64,000 bases of DNA, taken from NCBI GenBank assembly GCA_040954595.2, contig CM082585.2:8325404-8389403 (forward strand), written 5' to 3'. The stretch comes from Balanoglossus misakiensis (Eukaryota; Animalia; Hemichordata). Both the position numbers and the translations under genes were made by a program. This document shows, one piece after another, positions 60,964 through 64,000 of this stretch (position 1 is its first letter; the number at the start of each line of letters is the position of its first letter). A model generated the notes under the pieces. It searched no databases. It was not told the origin of the DNA and saw only the letters and a list, made by a program, of their open reading frames with translations.

Positions 60964-62961
60964 ATGATGATGGGCTTCACACAACGATTCCCGTTGGTTC
61001 GCTGCCTTTTGACATGGATTGCTATTCTTCATGGAATAGAAGGCTGTCCCACCAATTGTTCATGTTCCGGTACATCAGTCGATTGCAGTTATCTGGGATT
61101 GACAGAGATTCCTACTGATATACCACATGACACAACCATTTTTGAACTCCAAGGAAACGAACTGACACACGTCGGAAACTATTCTTTCATTCTCTTATCT
61201 AATCTAAAGAGACTTCGTCTGGATAACAATGACATAGATGAAGTCGCCACCAGGGCATTTGTCGGTCTTGGTCGTCTTGAATACTTATACCTATACAGCA
61301 ATGATATCGCATCATTACCAGAAACCGTCTTTCATAACCTGGGTAATTTAAGGTATCTGTATCTCCATTACAATAAACTGATTTGTCTCCAAGCAGATAT
61401 ATTCTTTGGGTTGCATAACCTCTATGACTTAAATATTTCCAGCAACGGAATAAGCGAACTGCTCGAAAACATATTTCATGGTTTGGCCAAGCTGAGGTAC
61501 CTATATATTAACTACAATTCGCTAACGTCTCTACCAGAAATGATATTTAATGGCTTAGGTGAGCTATACTATTTATACATGAATTCAAACAAGTTAAAAA
61601 TATTACCGGAGAATACGTTCAACGGACTGAATAAATTGTATTTGTTGTATATGTATAACAATGACATCACCACGCTACCGGCGGAAATCTTTCATGGATT
61701 AGACGACCTACATCTCCTCTACATGTACAGCAATCCTTGGTCGTGTGACTGCCGGTTAGTTGGTCTCAGAGAATGGTTAGATAACAACTCGTACAGGCTT
61801 AACTTCGGATCGACCATGTATTGTGAGTCACCGGACCAGCATGACGGGAAAGATATGCTTGCCGTTCCTCTCAACGAGCTTACATGTTACCCCAACCCAG
61901 TGTTTTACATCACATATAAAACTATACATGCAGAGTTAGGAGATGATGTCACTTTGGATTGTGACGTGGTTGGCGTGCCTGATCCAGACAAGTACTGGGT
62001 GACACCAACGAACACGATCATACGCCCTCAATCTTCGGATACGTGCACCGACCAAAAGTTTGTTCAACATGACAATGGCAGTCTGCTCATTCCATTCGTC
62101 GAAGCGGGGGACGAAGGGATGTATTCATGTGTTGCATCAAATCTGGAGGGAACATCTTCAGGCATCAGGACATTGAAAATAAACTACACGGCAGAGGGTA
62201 CTACGTCACTTTCTCCAACGTCGGGTGTTAGCACAGTTATTCCAACAACCGCGTTTGCCACAACAACTCCAGTCGCCACGACAACTCCAGTCGCTACAAC
62301 AACTCCAGTCGCCACGACAACTCCAGTCGCCACAACAACTCCAGTCGCCACAACAACTCCAGTCGCTACAACAACTCCAGTCGTCACCACTCCAATCGCA
62401 ACAACTACAATCACAACAACTACACAAGTAACGACAACGCCAATCACAACAGCGACAACAACAGCTCAAATCACCACTACTACCCAAGGCGGTGGAGAAA
62501 GCACAACTAACGAGACAACCCCGAGTAATAACACGACAACAGCGCCCCCTATAACACCAGAAAGTATCACCGGCAGCAACTCCTCAGGGCGGGAAATAAT
62601 AGCGTACTTCCTTGGAATTCTGTCAGCGGCTTTATGCGTCTCCGTTTTCATCATCATCCGCTACTGTCGAAATCAACAAGGCAAGGCACAAGGCAATAAC
62701 GACGACACCCACACGTACGTCAATCACAATTTTCTAGGAGAACCACGTGCACGTGATGTGGGCCACTTTGGTGCAGAGGGGATGGTAATGGCCGGAAGAG
62801 AACTCCAAGATGATCGATACGCTGTGCCACCTAGAGTTAGAGATTCCCCGCATAAAAATGAGATGTATGTAAATTCCGTTGTCTTCGAGGACACGGAAGC
62901 TGGTTACGCGTCTCTTTCTCCAGAAACGAGGCAACCGAATGTCTACGAAAGTTTAGGTTAA
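60964..62961 (+). CDS. LRR-Ig-mucin stalk single-pass receptor (LRRIG/LIG type), single coding exon, ~665 aa
   Basis: Signal peptide, LRRNT (CPTNCSC..VDC), 8 full 24-aa LRRs, LRRCT (NPWSCDC..C..C), one I-set Ig domain (LDCDVVGVPDP..W..DEGMYSC), Thr-rich stalk, TM (IIAYFLGILSAALCVSVFIII) and a Tyr-rich tail. An acceptor (ttttgtacag, 60951) suggests the start is at 60964-60970 rather than 60904. A possible 5' UTR donor AAG|gtaaga lies near 60114. Confidence 0.92.
   Translation: MMMGFTQRFPLVRCLLTWIAILHGIEGCPTNCSCSGTSVDCSYLGLTEIPTDIPHDTTIFELQGNELTHVGNYSFILLSNLKRLRLDNNDIDEVATRAFVGLGRLEYLYLYSNDIASLPETVFHNLGNLRYLYLHYNKLICLQADIFFGLHNLYDLNISSNGISELLENIFHGLAKLRYLYINYNSLTSLPEMIFNGLGELYYLYMNSNKLKILPENTFNGLNKLYLLYMYNNDITTLPAEIFHGLDDLHLLYMYSNPWSCDCRLVGLREWLDNNSYRLNFGSTMYCESPDQHDGKDMLAVPLNELTCYPNPVFYITYKTIHAELGDDVTLDCDVVGVPDPDKYWVTPTNTIIRPQSSDTCTDQKFVQHDNGSLLIPFVEAGDEGMYSCVASNLEGTSSGIRTLKINYTAEGTTSLSPTSGVSTVIPTTAFATTTPVATTTPVATTTPVATTTPVATTTPVATTTPVATTTPVVTTPIATTTITTTTQVTTTPITTATTTAQITTTTQGGGESTTNETTPSNNTTTAPPITPESITGSNSSGREIIAYFLGILSAALCVSVFIIIRYCRNQQGKAQGNNDDTHTYVNHNFLGEPRARDVGHFGAEGMVMAGRELQDDRYAVPPRVRDSPHKNEMYVNSVVFEDTEAGYASLSPETRQPNVYESLG
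62257..62382 (+). repeat. Coding 18-bp VNTR x7 encoding (ATTTPV)7
   Basis: GCYACRACAACTCCAGTC repeated seven times in frame. Confidence 0.95.
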
Positions 62962-64000
62962 GGCTCCAATCAGCCAATGTTTTAATTATTTTCATAATGT
63001 TATTTTTGAATTCAGAATGGTTCATTTAAGTGACTTAATATTATCAACATCTGATTGTAGCATGTACATTTAAATATGAACAAGTTAAATATGATAAACG
63101 GGTGTCACACCCGCTTATTCAACTGCCCATTGCAAGAGTACTCAACTATCGTGGTATTCACACATGGGTTTTTAAATCCCTACAAAGTCAAAATAATGTC
63201 ATTTGTCTACTAAGGATAAGGACAAGATTGAAGTATTTATTGATTTAAAATATGGTCGAAGTGCATTGTAGCTATATTGATAAACACAAATAATTTTCTT
63301 GCAATTTAGAGTGAGTTACTATCTTGTTTATGCCCTCTTGTTTATTTCTGTCGAGGACCACGAATATATATGAGAGTCGCAAATATATGCCTAAAGAACA
63401 AATAATACATAATGAATAGTATTACAGCGATAATGGTGTTCAACATTTGGCTTTAGCAACATTTCGTCAAAAGTCTGGGACTGAATTAAATCGATACAGT
63501 AGACAATACTGTTTGTTCACTGGTTGATTGATGATCAAGTATATATGCTGGGGTGATCGATTCGTGGCTGCTGGGGCTCAAAGTTCTATAGTAATGTTAA
63601 CAAAATGGCGGGTCATTCGTCTCAGACCAGCGTTGACAGAGTGTACGGGCGTGCAATTTCCATGTAAACATAAATATTTTAGTTGACGTCTTTTGTTTCT
63701 GATTTGCATACACGTGTGTCATCGTTAGAGGTTTCGTTATTTGTACGCATATATCCATATAAGGTAAATTAAAAACGCTGTTTCCTCAAAATCAAGCCTT
63801 ATAACCAGAATCACTCTTTCGGGCAAACATTGTGCTAAGTCTGTAACTATGTTACGTTTCAAAAGTACAAATAAATGTCTTGAAGAACATTCAAGTCTCA
63901 GTTATTCAACGCACACATTATTTCAAGACAGCGGACTAATAAATCATTGATAAAAATACAAATACTGTAAATGTGATCACACTGCAAAAGTTGAAGTCTT

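Overview
Eukaryotic (animal) genomic DNA with spliceosomal introns. The gene content and style suggest an invertebrate deuterostome such as a hemichordate, amphioxus or echinoderm; this is inference only. Eight protein genes can be built by hand. (1,2) A head-to-head pair of TRIM2/3/71-like TRIM-NHL E3 ligases with intronless CDSs. (3) A 3-exon H-type ferritin, head-to-head with (4) a 25-exon importin-5 that contains a minor-spliceosome AT-AC intron. (5) A 2-exon galactose-3-O-sulfotransferase with a 12.1 kb intron. (6) A 20-exon neutral ceramidase with an unusual Pro-rich insertion and a GPI-signal-like C-terminal tail. (7) An intronless class A GPCR lacking the DRY arginine. (8) An LRR-Ig-mucin-TM receptor with a single coding exon and an ITAM-like tail. 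The window also has two identical tRNA-Ile(AAT) genes, several small non-autonomous DNA-transposon-like elements and tandem repeats. All gene models and motifs were derived by eye; no database search was run.
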